From Epiperipatus broadwayi (lineage: Eukaryota > Animalia > Onychophora), in assembly GCA_028023455.1 (NCBI GenBank), contig JAQFVV010000010.1, forward strand, positions 12,834,001 through 12,898,000: 64,000 bases of DNA, in the 5' to 3' direction. The position numbers and the translations under genes are program-made. This document shows positions 41,251 through 54,482 of the stretch, one piece after another. Each line of letters begins with the position of its first letter. Positions within the stretch are counted from its first letter, which is position 1. The notes beneath the pieces were generated by a model. That model was not told the origin of the DNA. It saw only the letters and a list, made by a program, of their open reading frames with translations, and ran no database searches.

Positions 41251-44186
41251 GGTAGCCAATCCTTTTTTTTTTGCCAAGGCTATTTTGATATTTATAATCT
41301 CATTTGGTGGCCACACAAAATTATTGTCTTAAAAATTAGCCTACTGTATTTGATCAAAAATTTAATTAATTTACCTCTAATCATCATTGCTGGGGAACTT
41401 TTTCAATTGGCAGACCTGTTTCAGCTTTTCCCTTTTAAACAAGGGCCATAATTTTTTTATGAAATAAAAATATTATTATTACTGATTGTTCTACATTTAA
41501 TTACAAGTTTTCTTATTCACCCTGAGATGTATGTTTTTAAATTTTTTTTTATGTTCTAGACATTAATTCTACAGCAACTAGGATGCAATATTCTATAAAC
41601 TACCCTTCAGAAAATAATTTAAAATTTTCTACATTTTTTTTTTTTGAAATAACTTGCTCTCACAGAATTTTCTGACTTGGTTGTATTTTTATGAAATATG
41701 TGTTATTTGATGCAGTTCCTTTAATATTTTTTTTCTCCAATAATTTTGTTGTAGTCAGAATGTTTGATAAATAGTATCTCTTAATGTGTTTTTTTCAAAT
41801 GCACAATTTTTTGAGTCAATTTTTCTTACCTTACTCTTGTAGTCATTCTAATAAAATAAAAAAAAATTAAATGCAAAATAATAATAATAAAATGAAGTAA
41901 AATTCGAGTTTTATTTTTGCTTGTTACATATTCTTTTGTGAAAATCATTATAAAAACAAACGAAATGCTTTTAGCATCATAGGTTAAACCATAGTCAGAC
42001 CATACAATGAAGATAATTTGCTATAATATTGCACTTCTGATATAGTGAAATGGAGTTATTGTAAAGTTAGAAAGAGAAAAAGTTGTTGAGAAAATAAATA
42101 TTTTGCTTAATTCTTTATTCAATATTTGCACTGCACTAACTATGTGTGTGTTTAAATAGGTCCATTTTTTTTATACATTTGTGAAAATATCTGGGGGCCG
42201 GATTGAGAGCTTTCGAGGACCCGGTTAGGCCTAATAGCCGGAGTTTCTCCATCTCTGATTTAGAGATTTGATATTTAACTTTACCAACAATTTTTCAATT
42301 CCTTCATTAACATAGCGATTATAATTCTATCATTACTTAGAGCTTTTCCCTTCTTTATAGATTTAATTGCATGTCATTTCTTCATTTAAAATGTTAAGCA
42401 ATTCTGAAGTAGTAATTGTAGAGGATTCTTTGTTTTCTCATTCTTAATTGCTGTATAAATCTTTGCAGAATTTTTTTATATATTTCATGATGTTATTTTT
42501 TTTTTTTTTTAGTAATAGTTTCACCTCCTTACTCAGAAATGTTTGCTGCCAACTTGTTTAACATTTTTGAGGTTTCTTGCTAATTTACAATTATATTTTC
42601 TTATATTGTTTTAAATAAATAATAAAGCATATGGATGATTTCTATCCTAATTATGAACTCTTTTCTGTAATTCAACAAACATAATAACAAATACCATGCA
42701 AACAATATTCCACAAGATAAATGATATAAAATAATAAGTGGACTTAAACCCGATTTAAAGTGGAGACTGTATATAGACATTTGTTCAATAAAACTAATCT
42801 TATGTGTGTAGATGTAAAAAAAAATAGTGAAATAAAGTAATGAAAACTAAAGCTAGTAATAAATGATATTTTTTTTATGCCAAGAGAGGGAAATGAGACA
42901 TTTTGATCTCATTGCCCATGATAGCATTTTTATTAATAAAGTGTTAAATAAATTAAAAGTATATTAATATTGCTTCAAGAAGAGAAAATATTGATGACAT
43001 ATATATAACTTTTAATACATTTTAAGTTTTGAGGACCTTTGAACAGTGTTGTGTTGACATATATATGATAATACACAAAACAAAATTGAAAATTCTTAAA
43101 ATACTCATTAAATTGTATAAATTTAATATTTTCATTTTTTTCTTTAATTATACAAAGAAGGAAATGAAATTATTTATTTTTTCAATTTTGATTTTAAAAT
43201 ATGCAAATATATTTTTTAATGTCAATTTAAAAACACATTTAGTTTATTCAAGTTAATTGATTTTGAAACTTTGTTTTCAATTCTTTTTGTTGTTGTTATT
43301 TTTATTTCAAAACAATAATTGATTTCTAAAATTAATTAAAAAACATTCAAGAATTGTTTTGAAAATGAGAAATCTCTTTCATTAATGTTTTACTAGTTAA
43401 ATTAGATAATTAAAATGAAATTAAATTTATAATAAAATTTAATTTTCATATATATTCTTTCAGTTTCAATAATGTTTTTATCCGATTATAAGTGTTTTTA
43501 ACAAATTTATTGCTAAATGAATTTTTAGCATAATTAAAAGAACAAAACTTTTTAAAATATTATAAATTTATTATTTAAGGAAATAAAAAAATAAACAAAT
43601 GTTTTTATGTTAGCAAGACCCCCTCCCCCTAATAAATATATATTTATTAAATAAGAACATCTTTCAAAAAATCAAAAACAATCTGAAACAAAAAAAATTA
43701 GTTTTACTGTTTGATAAATGAAATCTGAATAAATGCTCATTTTATACAAATTAAGATCTTTTATTAAATCTTTGAATTATTGAACTGTATATACTTCTGT
43801 CATGTATTAATAAATATGAAAAGTATATACTGTAATCCTTACCTTTATCATTTGGAAATATTTAATGTAAGATTGCAGTAAAAGTACTTAATATCATTGA
43901 CTGTTGAAAGAAAAAAAAAAATTGGAAATTATAAATGAAATTATTATAGCTAAAGTTGTTATTAATGTTTTAAAGAAATAATAAATTTATATTTAGTAAA
44001 AAAATTAAATTAATAATTTGTAATTATATTAACATTTAATAAAATTTAATGTGTAACTGGAATGATTTTTGTGAAGTTTATAAAAAATTTTTTTTCCCAA
44101 AAATCGTTGTTTTAATTAATTATGATATTTTATAGAAAATTTTGTATTATTATAAATCTAACATTTTATTATTATTATTAAAATAG

Positions 44187-44329
44187 GTAATACGCTATAA
44201 ACCAGTCATGAAACCAGCACGAGGCACTCGCAAGTGTAATTGTAGACAAGAAATGCAGACAATACAATTAGGTCCTGGTCGCTTTCAGATGACTCAAAAT
44301 ACTGTTTGTGATGAATGTCCTAATATTAG
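44187..44329 (+). CDS. DNAJB11: DNAJB11 exon 5 (Cys-rich region)
   Basis: aaatag|GTA...AG|gtaatt; [47 protein letters not shown]; 143 nt. Confidence 0.97.
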
Positions 44330-44649
44330 GTAATTCATTTTACTTATTATATAAATCATATATACAATTTATGCACATATAGATATTAAAACATTAACAC
44401 ACATATTAAATAATCTTAGCTTATTAAAATAATATAAAATTTTTGAATAGATCAACAAAATATTAATTAAGCATTAAAAAAAAAAGATTAATTTTATATA
44501 TAAACTTATAAATAGATGTAAATGGAAAAATACAGATCCAGTAGATATTGAAAATAGAAGCTGTGACACAAAAACCAGGATTTAATAATAACTATTATGA
44601 GTTAAATATTAATATCAATTATATGACTTTTGGCAGGTCCCACATACCA

Positions 44650-47350
44650 AATCAGACAATTTTCTTAAATTAAATTTTTTCTGTTTTTTGTTATACTTTT
44701 CTAATATTCATTAATATTTCATTCTTTAAAATCATTAAAGTTTTTTTTTCTATTTTTCTCCTTCATTCTTTGTACAACTTCTTCCAATTTATCATTCATA
44801 ATTCTTCTACCATTAATATATGTTCAAACCAGTTTCTCATTTTCTTCATTTCTCAAAAAATATTTTTTTAATTTTTTTTTTGTTAATCTATATTTCTATG
44901 CTTCCAACTTAATCTTTCCATTTTTCTCTAAGTTCACATCTTTAAATTTTTTTTTTTTCTAAATTGTTTTTGCTCTATTCAACATAAAATAGTACTCCAA
45001 ACAAAACATTTAACAATTTTAATAATTCATAGAATAATCTATTCTTATTAAAAGCTTGTTTAGCTAATCCATTTTTTATTATAATTTTTGTTGTTGTTGT
45101 TCTACCATCAGTATCTAATTTTCCAAATATTTAAAAGCTTAAATTTGTTGTGTAACTTTTTGTACTTTACTCTTAATCTTTTTTCTCTCTACTTATTTTT
45201 ATTGTTTTAGTTTTATTAGCATTTATTTTAATCTCAAACTTGCAAATTATTATTTTATTAAGTTCAACTTTTTTATTCTTATTGCTATTTCTTCAGAAAA
45301 TCTGATACAATTACAGTAATTTAACAATTCTTTTAAATATATATTAAATAAACAGGAAATAACACTTTTTTCTATATCTTATCTCTTTTTTAGAAAACTA
45401 TTTATCTGCTTATATTATACATGTATATCTTCTGATTCATATACATATTTTTCAATGAAAGTTTTTTTTCCCAATCTATAACTTTCTTTTTCAATTATAA
45501 CAAATAATAAAAATCATATATAACAGCTAATATAAATATATATTAATGATATATAAAAGCTTTTTTCAGCACATGGTTTAGTGCCCTTTTTAAATGTTTA
45601 CATGTGATTAATATATATTTATATTAGCTGTTATTTATGATTTTTATTATTTGTTATAATTTATATGAAGAAATAGTATATTAGGTTTCATTATTTCCAT
45701 TTTTGATTATTTCTTTTTCAGTATATTTAATAAAGTAACCCAATTTCTCATTCTCTGTCTTTCCTAAACTAAAATTGTTTGTCAAACATCTAACCTCTGA
45801 AATCTTATTCATAACTTTATGCCTTCACCACATAAAGATTAAGTTATTTGAAGATTAAGTTAATTGTTCTAAAATTCCTACATTTTAATGAATTAAGTTT
45901 TTTTTTTTCTAGTTGAATCTATTGGCTCCTGGTCTGTGTCATAAATTATAAACATCAAACAATTTTCTCTTAGTCATTACACTCATAGCTTTCAGCAATT
46001 TTTATTTATTTTATATCTAAATTTATTATCATATTTCTACCATCTGCATAATTTGCATTTCCTATTTTTGTTCTTTTTTTGTCATTTTATTTATTACGTT
46101 ATTACTCTCTTGCTTTTTTTGTAATCCACTGCTTTTGCTGCATCTTTTAAATTTTTCTTGAATAATTTCCATTTTTATTATCAATTAAACAGATTATTAT
46201 TATTTAAGCTTAATTTTTGTTCTTTTTTTGTCATTTTATTTATTATGTTATTACTCTCTTGCTTTTTTTGTAATCCACTGCTTTTGCTGCATCTTTTAAA
46301 TTTTTCTTGAATAATTTCCATTTTTATTATCAATTAGACAGACTATTATTATTTAAGCTTAATTTTTTATTCAACAACTGAAATTTTTTTTCCAATATCC
46401 CTTTTTAATTTATTAATTATCCATTTCTTTTTTGTCTTAGATTTTTTTAAAAATTAATCTCAATTCTATCAGCTTCAGAATGTACGCATATAGATTCTTA
46501 ATACTATTTTCAAACATTTTAAATCACAACATAATTAAATTGACATTTGTTTTATCAACTGGAACTTGACATTGGTAAATCCTGCTTTTATGATTTTTAA
46601 ACACCATGTTCATTACTTGTTTTCTCTACAAAATTTCAGCTTTATATCGCAATCCAAAATCCTCATATTTTAACATTATTGCTCTTTTCTATTACAACAT
46701 TCTAATTCATGATTATCATTATACAACTATTTTTATATTTCTTTTCAATAATGTCTGATTTTTTTGCATGCTTATTAGTTAATCCTCATTAGTATTATTG
46801 TTTGGCGTGTACATTTGAATAATAAACAAATCTCTTAAAATGTTTTTAGTTTTAGCCAAATCAATTTATTGTTTACTGACTGTTTTTGTTTTTAGATCTA
46901 AAACAATAATTACTTCACTATATAGATATTTTTTCTTCCACAAAGTAAAATTTTTAATATTTTTTTATTATTTTCTTCACTTAAATCCATTAATCCAGCT
47001 TGCCTCATTGAATCTTACAATATTTGATCTTTTTTTATCTTCATTGACAATAAATTTACTATTTTCTCTGACTTGATCATCATCCTAACAATTCTCATCT
47101 TTTATTACAATATTTTCTAATTCTAGTGTCATCAAATAATTAGATGACAGTAATTGGTTTGATATGATCAATCCTGATTTATGGATTATCAGACATAAGA
47201 ATTCTAGTAATTCTAATCTGAAATACATTGATAGTCAACATTTTATTCTCTAATTTAGATCATATTAAAAATAATGACTCTGAATATTCTGCAATTACTT
47301 GAGATTCAAATCCAATCATATGTTCATGTATTCACCTTATATTAATACAT
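44650..47350 (-). mobile_element. Heavily decayed RTE-like LINE of a second family
   Basis: - strand remnants of CxNYRAI, KAGF, NYADG (YADD), FKYLG..DGR and LAKQAFNK. A 149-bp tandem duplication (46065-46368) and a hairpin insertion interrupt it. Confidence 0.65.
45493..45661. repeat. AT-rich hairpin element
   Basis: ~55-bp arms (45493-45547 / 45608-45661) around a 60-nt spacer. Confidence 0.88.
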
Positions 47351-47688
47351 AAAGCAGATATAATAATAAGAAAAATTTATATTTGATTAAAATTAATAAC
47401 TGAAGATAAATTGTGAATCTATATTATCAAATGGAGAATATCATAGCAATTTAACTTTAGGCAACTCATCATTTTTCCAGTAAAGAATTATTAAATATTT
47501 TAGATGAGGTCTGGTACAAAAAAACTTAGATCATGGAACATTACTCTCATTCTAATCCTTTAACAAAATATTGATAAGCCATCTATTTTGCATTAACACA
47601 AAAGTTTTATCAACAAACATTGAACTTCTGCTTAGTATTGTTTTATAATAATAATTTTCATAAATATATATTTTACATTAAAATAATG

Positions 47689-48312
47689 GGTATGTAAGTA
47701 GTTTGCCTGCCGGAAAGCTTGTTACTCATTTTATTTTAAATTATCTATTTTCACAGGCTTCCAACACATGGTATAAACAATATGGTTGACCCTAAGTTAT
47801 CCTATTCAATATTTACGTTTTATTTATTTATTAAAATGATAAAGAAACACAAAAGTCCAAAAGATTATAATTAAAAACTTTTTCAACAAGATGCAGTGGA
47901 CTAGTTTTAAAATTGCAGGATAGAGCCCACCTGAAAAGTATGTGATATGGGGCTGATATTACATTTTATGTGTGAATGGAGATGCAGTGGTAGTGTTGTA
48001 TGTGAACATGTTCTAAGTGCTTATTTCTTTGGAAAGGAACATGGTTAGAAGACTCCAAAACATCATTTGTTTGCTTAATCATGTTTTATTTTTATTTTCT
48101 TTACTGCATTTACATTAAAAAAGTTTTTTAATTGTAATCCTTTGAACTTTTGTCTTTCTTTATCAATATAATAAATAAAAAAAATGTAAATATTGAATAT
48201 AATAATTAGAGTCAGCCATATTGTTTATGCCATGTGATGGAAACCCCTGAAAATGGTTAATTTAAAATAAAATGAATGACAAGCTTTCCAGCAGGCAAAC
48301 TACATAAATACC
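47689..48312. repeat. MITE-like element with ~195-bp diverged inverted arms
   Basis: 47689-47883 is the imperfect reverse complement of 48118-48312. Confidence 0.8.
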
Positions 48313-48467
48313 AAATGATGAATTAGATTGGTTAATGTGCTAATGAGATAAAAGAATTATTGCATGTTTTAAATGAAAAGAGATAGAAAAATGATATTAT
48401 TAACTGATCTTTATGAAAGTATTAGCTAAGTAAGAAAAAAAAAATTTAAAGATGATCTGGTTTAAAA

Positions 48468-48637
48468 AGTAGGTTTCTATTTTTGAAAGATAATCATTTA
48501 AAATGCTGGAAACCATTGTATCAAATTGCAAAAGATACATTAGCATAATTAGAAGTAGGTTTCTATTTTTGAAAGATAATCATTTAAAATGCTGGAAACC
48601 ATTGTATCAAATTGCAAAAGATACATTAGCATAATTA
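48468..48637. repeat. 86-bp tandem duplication
   Basis: AGTAGGTTTCTATTTTTGAAAG...CATTAGCATAATTA starts at 48468 and again at 48554. Confidence 0.92.
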
Positions 48638-48679
48638 GGGATTGCTATTATTTAATCATAGTAGAAACATTTGAATGTA

Positions 48680-48930
48680 TATTTGTATTTTTATATTGGA
48701 CTATTTCCATCATCTAATATATGTATTGAATGTCTTTAGAAAAATTTAACTTTATTTAAATATTCCAAATACATTTAACTGTTAGTAATAGCACATCTAA
48801 CAGGTTAGTATATGCACAACGTTTCGAGAGGTATTAGTCTCCCCTCTTCTTCAGGTGTTGCTGGCCTGACCAGTGACAGCACTAGCATGGGATTCGAACC
48901 TGTGTCCTTAGATTCTTGAGTTGTGAATTT
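48680..48930 (-). mobile_element. tRNA-related SINE carrying a hammerhead core
   Basis: Box B GGTTCGAATCCC (48900-48889) then CAC-CTGAAGA-A-GAGGGG-loop-CCTCTC-GAAAC-GTT-GTG (48857-48815). The 3' body matches 2221-2296 at 71 of 76 positions. Confidence 0.6.
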
Positions 48931-50081
48931 TAAGGTAACATTCTATCTTCTTAAAAAAAAAAAAAATTAAAACTATTAAAATTAAAATTGTTATAATAAT
49001 TCAGTTTATTTTTTGCATCACTAATATGATTTCAGCTTATCCTTTCAGATATTTTAATCCAGAAGATATTGATAAATAAAAGTATATGTTTCTTATTAAT
49101 CCTCTCACATCATGATTCTTGACTAGTATTGGTTAGTTCTATAAGCTTTTTTCTGATAAGTATAAAAACAAACTTTTTTTTATTATTTTTTATGTCCATC
49201 ACTCTTAATTAGTTTCAATTAAATTCTTATTGTAGTTTTTGCAATCTTAATATTTATTTGTTTTCAAAGTATAAGGAATTCAATCTTTATATTTTCTACC
49301 CGTGGTATTATCTTTTTTATCTTTAAATAAAGAAACTATTTAACAAAAGCATAAACATAGGTTTATCAAATTGATCTTCAATTTTATTAATAAACTTGAT
49401 GTCATATAGAAGAAAATTTCCATGTGAATTTAAGAAAAATCAAAGAGTTTACCTGATTAATTAAAACACATGCTTCAATTATACAAATTCTTTCTTCATA
49501 TTGATTGACTCATTCTATTATATATTTGTAACGTATTTATTGATAAATTCATCTTTATCTGAAATAAGTATTTATTCAGTAATATTCAAAATTAAATTAG
49601 GAAACTAAACTCTAAACTTTTGATAAACTTCTTAAATCCTTCAAATATATTCTCAATTCTTTTAGATACATTTTTATATTTATAATCATGCTTGCATCTC
49701 ATCAGCTAATTTATTTTTGTCATAACCTTTTTGTGCATGCACATCTGCTTAATAATTCAAATTTTTTATGAAGTATGTGAACTTCTATTTACTTTTGGGC
49801 TGCAATTTCAAGTTCTAGCTCAAGATAGATTAAATACTTAAGTTTTTATTTAATCTATATTTTTTATATATATAAAAAACATTTAACATATCATATTAAT
49901 GTTATATTTTAATATTTATGTATTTATTCATTAATATTTGCCTGTGTTTATATTTCAAATTTTGTCTTTGTGAAATTGCTTTTTTAAAATTTCTTTTCAA
50001 TGTTGGAACGTTTGAGTAACCATATATTTTACATTTTATATTCTATTGTGTATGTGTGTGTGTGTCTGTATATATATATAT

Positions 50082-51364
50082 TGTACCGGTCGAATGTGTA
50101 TGCTGATTTAACTCGGTTCGAAATGTAGACGACAGTACCTTGAGACCAATCATACGCGAGATATAACAGTCAAGAATACTATGGACTCTGCCCTCTTTAT
50201 GGATCATTGGAAATTTACCAAATAGATTAATCTCAAAATATCATGTTTACAGATAATAAATGGAAACGGACATAATGTTTATTTTTAGAAAAAAAAAAAA
50301 CTTTAATAAAGATATTAATAAAAGGGAGACTTGTTCTCCACCAATCCCCAAATAACGCATTTTTAAATCATTAAATAAAATCAATATAATCTCAAGATCT
50401 AAATACTACTTTTGCAGTATGAAAATAAGTTTGCCACATAATCCCACTTTAACATTTAACTGCATATTTTGCGTGAGCAAGCTAGAATGAACTTTACATT
50501 AATTTATTAATTACCTTAATGAAATTGTACAACATTTCTTTGAGTCCGACCCCCAGGAAATCAATCCGAAAATAGTGATGCATAAACAATTATAAAGCTT
50601 AATTTACATTTAAAATACATATATTTTTCACCCATTCCTAATAGAAATTTAAAAGAATTGATTTGCCGTCAAATGTGAAAGACTAAGTAATTGCTGATGA
50701 ATGCTTGATACATAAGAAGATTATTAATATCTGGAAATAAAATAAACCAGCCAATCTTACTTTGCATAACGTTGAACATGAAAGCCCAAATAAGACAAGC
50801 AAAATAGAAATAATTATACATTCTCATAAGACAAATTTCAGGTAAAAGAAAAAAACGAAATGTCAGCCAGACTAGCTTAGCTAGCTAAACATTTACGTAA
50901 ATCCTTCATATTCTGAGAAAAATGATAAACATTTCACTAAATTGGGTGGCCATGATAATCTGGGAAAATTATAAAGATTTTTTTTATATATATCAGCAAA
51001 TCCATAAGTAAGCAGAGTAGATGAGCAATAAACTCGCATGACAACAAATCAATTACAGCCAACCTCCCAGCGGAAAACAAATACATAAAGAAACTTCCCC
51101 AAGCTAATAAGGAATAAAATGAAATAAAGGCATCACTAAAAGATTTCCCAAAATCCAAACTTGGCAGTACATGGCCGGATATTTGATGTCTAATGATGTC
51201 ACACAGTTAGATTTTAACCTAAGCCCGACACGCGCGGTAACCCATATGTTTAAATAAAACCCATTTAATAAGCAAGAAATCTTCCCGATAAAGTAAGGCG
51301 GAATAAAATCTTTACACATGCTTTTAATAACTACTCGTACCGTACGCTGACTTTAACGTCTATA
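50082..51364 (-). mobile_element. 3' LTR of a second Gypsy-type element, antisense in intron 5
   Basis: On - strand a purine tract GAAAAAAAGGGGGAAT (51380-51365) precedes TATAGACG (probably decayed TGTA). The block ends ...CCGGTACA at 50082, is flanked by ATAT, and is CpG-richer than its surroundings. Confidence 0.6.
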
Positions 51365-53724
51365 ATTCCCCCTTTTTTTCTTTTTAAAGAAAATAAAACT
51401 TTAACTTTCAAGTGTACAAAGTAATGGATTAAGCTTTATTGAGGAGATCGAACGGCCAACTATAGAACAGATATTATTTGAGTAGTAATATATAACATTT
51501 AAAATATGCCTATAGATCAATACCAACATCACATGAACAATAAAAGAAATATATAATACTGATTTGATTTAATAATTGAGGAACAGGAAGGAAAGCATGG
51601 AATTATAAAGAATGATCAAATAACAAATGGCATAATACATAAAGTTACATTTATACAATTACATTATATTAAGTCAAAGAGTTAAATGCTAATAAGAACA
51701 AATGAAAATTTAAGAAAATATGGCATATGTATAGTGAGTTTTGCCTGTTTTAACAACAGTTATACACAAGCATAAGAGATGGTAGTTGTGATGTTTATTG
51801 GCTTAAAATATGGAAAGTAAAAGTTAGTGAGAAGTTATTTTTAAATGTTGCGACACCGGATTTTGGTTTTTGCAATGGCATAATTCCCACTATGCCTTGA
51901 TTGGTTTGCCGACTGGAAATTCATTTGTACAGGTAGCATGCTTATTATGTGAAATACCAATACCAACCACAGGCAGACAGTTCAACAGTTCGATTCACTT
52001 TATCACATTACAATCTTCGGCATTGGCTAGATAGAGGCTGAACGGCAAGCAAAGCTGATAGAACTAGGCCATACATGGTCTCGTCCGAAAAATTAATTAG
52101 TTCAACCATATCAACTCTCCTTCTCTCCACTTCAAAAAATTTATAAATTACTCAATCCAACTTCTTTGTTCTCCCCACTATTTATACCTTTTGTCAAAAT
52201 TGTATTGTCTTTCGTATCATTCACATCTTGACAAGCCCCCACTCTCCTTTGTTTCAAAACAATTTTTTTTTTCCAAAATCAAACTTTAAGATTTTGTAAT
52301 CTATTTTGCTTTAACTTCATTTTTTTATTTATTAAAGAGGCCATACTTAATTGCTCCGAAGGAAACTCTAATTTAAATTTAATTTGTTAAGGAATATTGG
52401 AAGGTTTATCTAAAATATATATCACACGAAATATTTTTTCAACAAAAGAATAAACAAATAAAAATATTATATTCTCAAGTTAGTTTTAGTTTCAACAGAA
52501 CCCTGCATTAATTTATACATATATATTTACCACACATACATGCCTAATTTATAAATTATGGCAAAATATTTTTATGAAAACACAGTTTCTTTTGATTACA
52601 TTTACTTTACTAAATTATTTCTACCTGAATACCTAATTTCAAGGATCGATAAACAGATAACAAAAACACTTTATATTTCTGCTTAATGCAAAATTCTGTT
52701 AAATACTTTCATACAGGCAGAAACAGGTTTGAAATACTGGTTGGTTTATGTAAGGCTGTGAAGCATGGATCTGACTTCCATATCCATTGCTTCAATATAT
52801 AATGATAATAAACTCAAATGTTTTTATAGTTTTGATAGTTTTTGAAAGATATGTAAATATAATATTGCTAATGTTTGCATACATCAGATATAGATTCAAG
52901 AGAAGTATTGCTGTAGTTTACTTCTTGCTTTCTTTATAAACAATAGAATAACTATTAAAAACATGAGCATTTACTATTTATTGAATCATTGTCCATTTCT
53001 AGTTTGAAAAATGTACATTTTGTAGCACTATAGTTCTATTTTAAATCTCCAAGCTTTTTACTGCTAACAGTAAATCATAATTTTTGTTCATTTGCAAACT
53101 ATTCTATCTTTGAGCTTATCTAATCACATGTTTTAGAAAAATTATGTAAATTATTGTCTTTATTTATATGTAGAATATTGCAATAAATACATAGTGATGA
53201 AATATCATTAAATAAATAAGTTATATAAACTGATGTTAAATATAGTCGATAAACATTAAAAAAAAAAATTCCAACTGAAAACTTATATAGGAATTCAAAT
53301 TTCAATTAAATTGCTTCACCAGCTGCACCCTGTAATCTTATTCTTATAATTACAGCCAAACTTTATATATGTTTAGAATATTTAATTTTTAATGTTGAAT
53401 GTAATTTTTAATTTGGCATTAAATCCAATTATGTAAGGCAGAAATTATTTTATTTTTAGCTTATAAGCTATTTTAAGGCAACAAACAACTGAAACATATA
53501 TATAATAAATAATATGTAATTTATAATTGTATATTTGCATTAAATTTACTGAAAAAGAAGTATAACAAAATAATTCTTGATCATCATCTGAAATAATTTG
53601 CGACCACAATTTATTTTAGCATTTCAATTTTAGAATTCATTATTAACATGGATAAGATATACATTATATTTCATTTAAATATTTTAAATATAAATGTTTC
53701 TTACATTACTTGAATTTGTTTTAG

Positions 53725-53807
53725 ACTTGTTAATGAAGAGAAATTATTAGAAGTAGAAGTGGAGCCTGGAATGCAGAATGGTCAAGAACATGTTTTTGTT
53801 GGAGAAG
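53725..53807 (+). CDS. DNAJB11: DNAJB11 exon 6
   Basis: ttttag|A CTT...G|gtaaga; (R)LVNEEKLLEVEVEPGMQNGQEHVFVGE; 83 nt. Confidence 0.96.
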
Positions 53808-54482
53808 GTAAGAAGCAGTGCTTTTTTTTTTTTTTTTTAAAGAATATGAATATATTTTTTTAAAACTTAAAATAGTTTTTTTTTTTTTTAAATTAATATA
53901 AGTCAGTAAAGTAATTCATATTCAAAATATTGTATCTGTGTAGTTTATTTGGAAAAATAGTTAATTTTTTAATTAATTCATATTGCCTTTTTTACTACTA
54001 CAGAAACTTCGAATATAAAGACTATTCTTTTGTTTAGTTATATATTATTATATATAGATATACCGATTAAACCTCATTAATCCAAAACTACTGTTTTATA
54101 TGGAAGATTTCAATTCTCATCAAAATAAATTTAGCAACAATGTTAATTAATATCCTAATACAAAATTTTTGAGCATAAACTATTGGCTAACAAAATATGT
54201 TTGTAGTCTTATTAAAATAAAATTAATCTATTTCTGAGACTGACTTTAGTTAATTTGTCTTTGTCATTTGAATTATTCATTATTGACAAGACGCAATAAA
54301 GACAAACTGGAAACAATAGGCATTATTTTAATGTTAAAAATTATTTTGTAAAGAAAGATAGAAAGCCAAAAAAAAAAAAATTGCTAAAAAATTTAGAATT
54401 GTTGCAACATCTTATCTTCTATTTTAAATAATCTTAAAAAAACAGAATAACATCTGCCTACATTTGAGAAATTAGGAAAATT

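Noticed and set aside
48468-48637. hAT dimerisation-domain-like peptide (CWKPLYQIAKDTLA)
   Set aside because: Too short and with no flanking transposase motifs.
49686-49710. CTGATGA-GATGCAAGCAT on - strand as a hammerhead
   Set aside because: Followed by GATT rather than GAAA, and the loop is only 2 nt.
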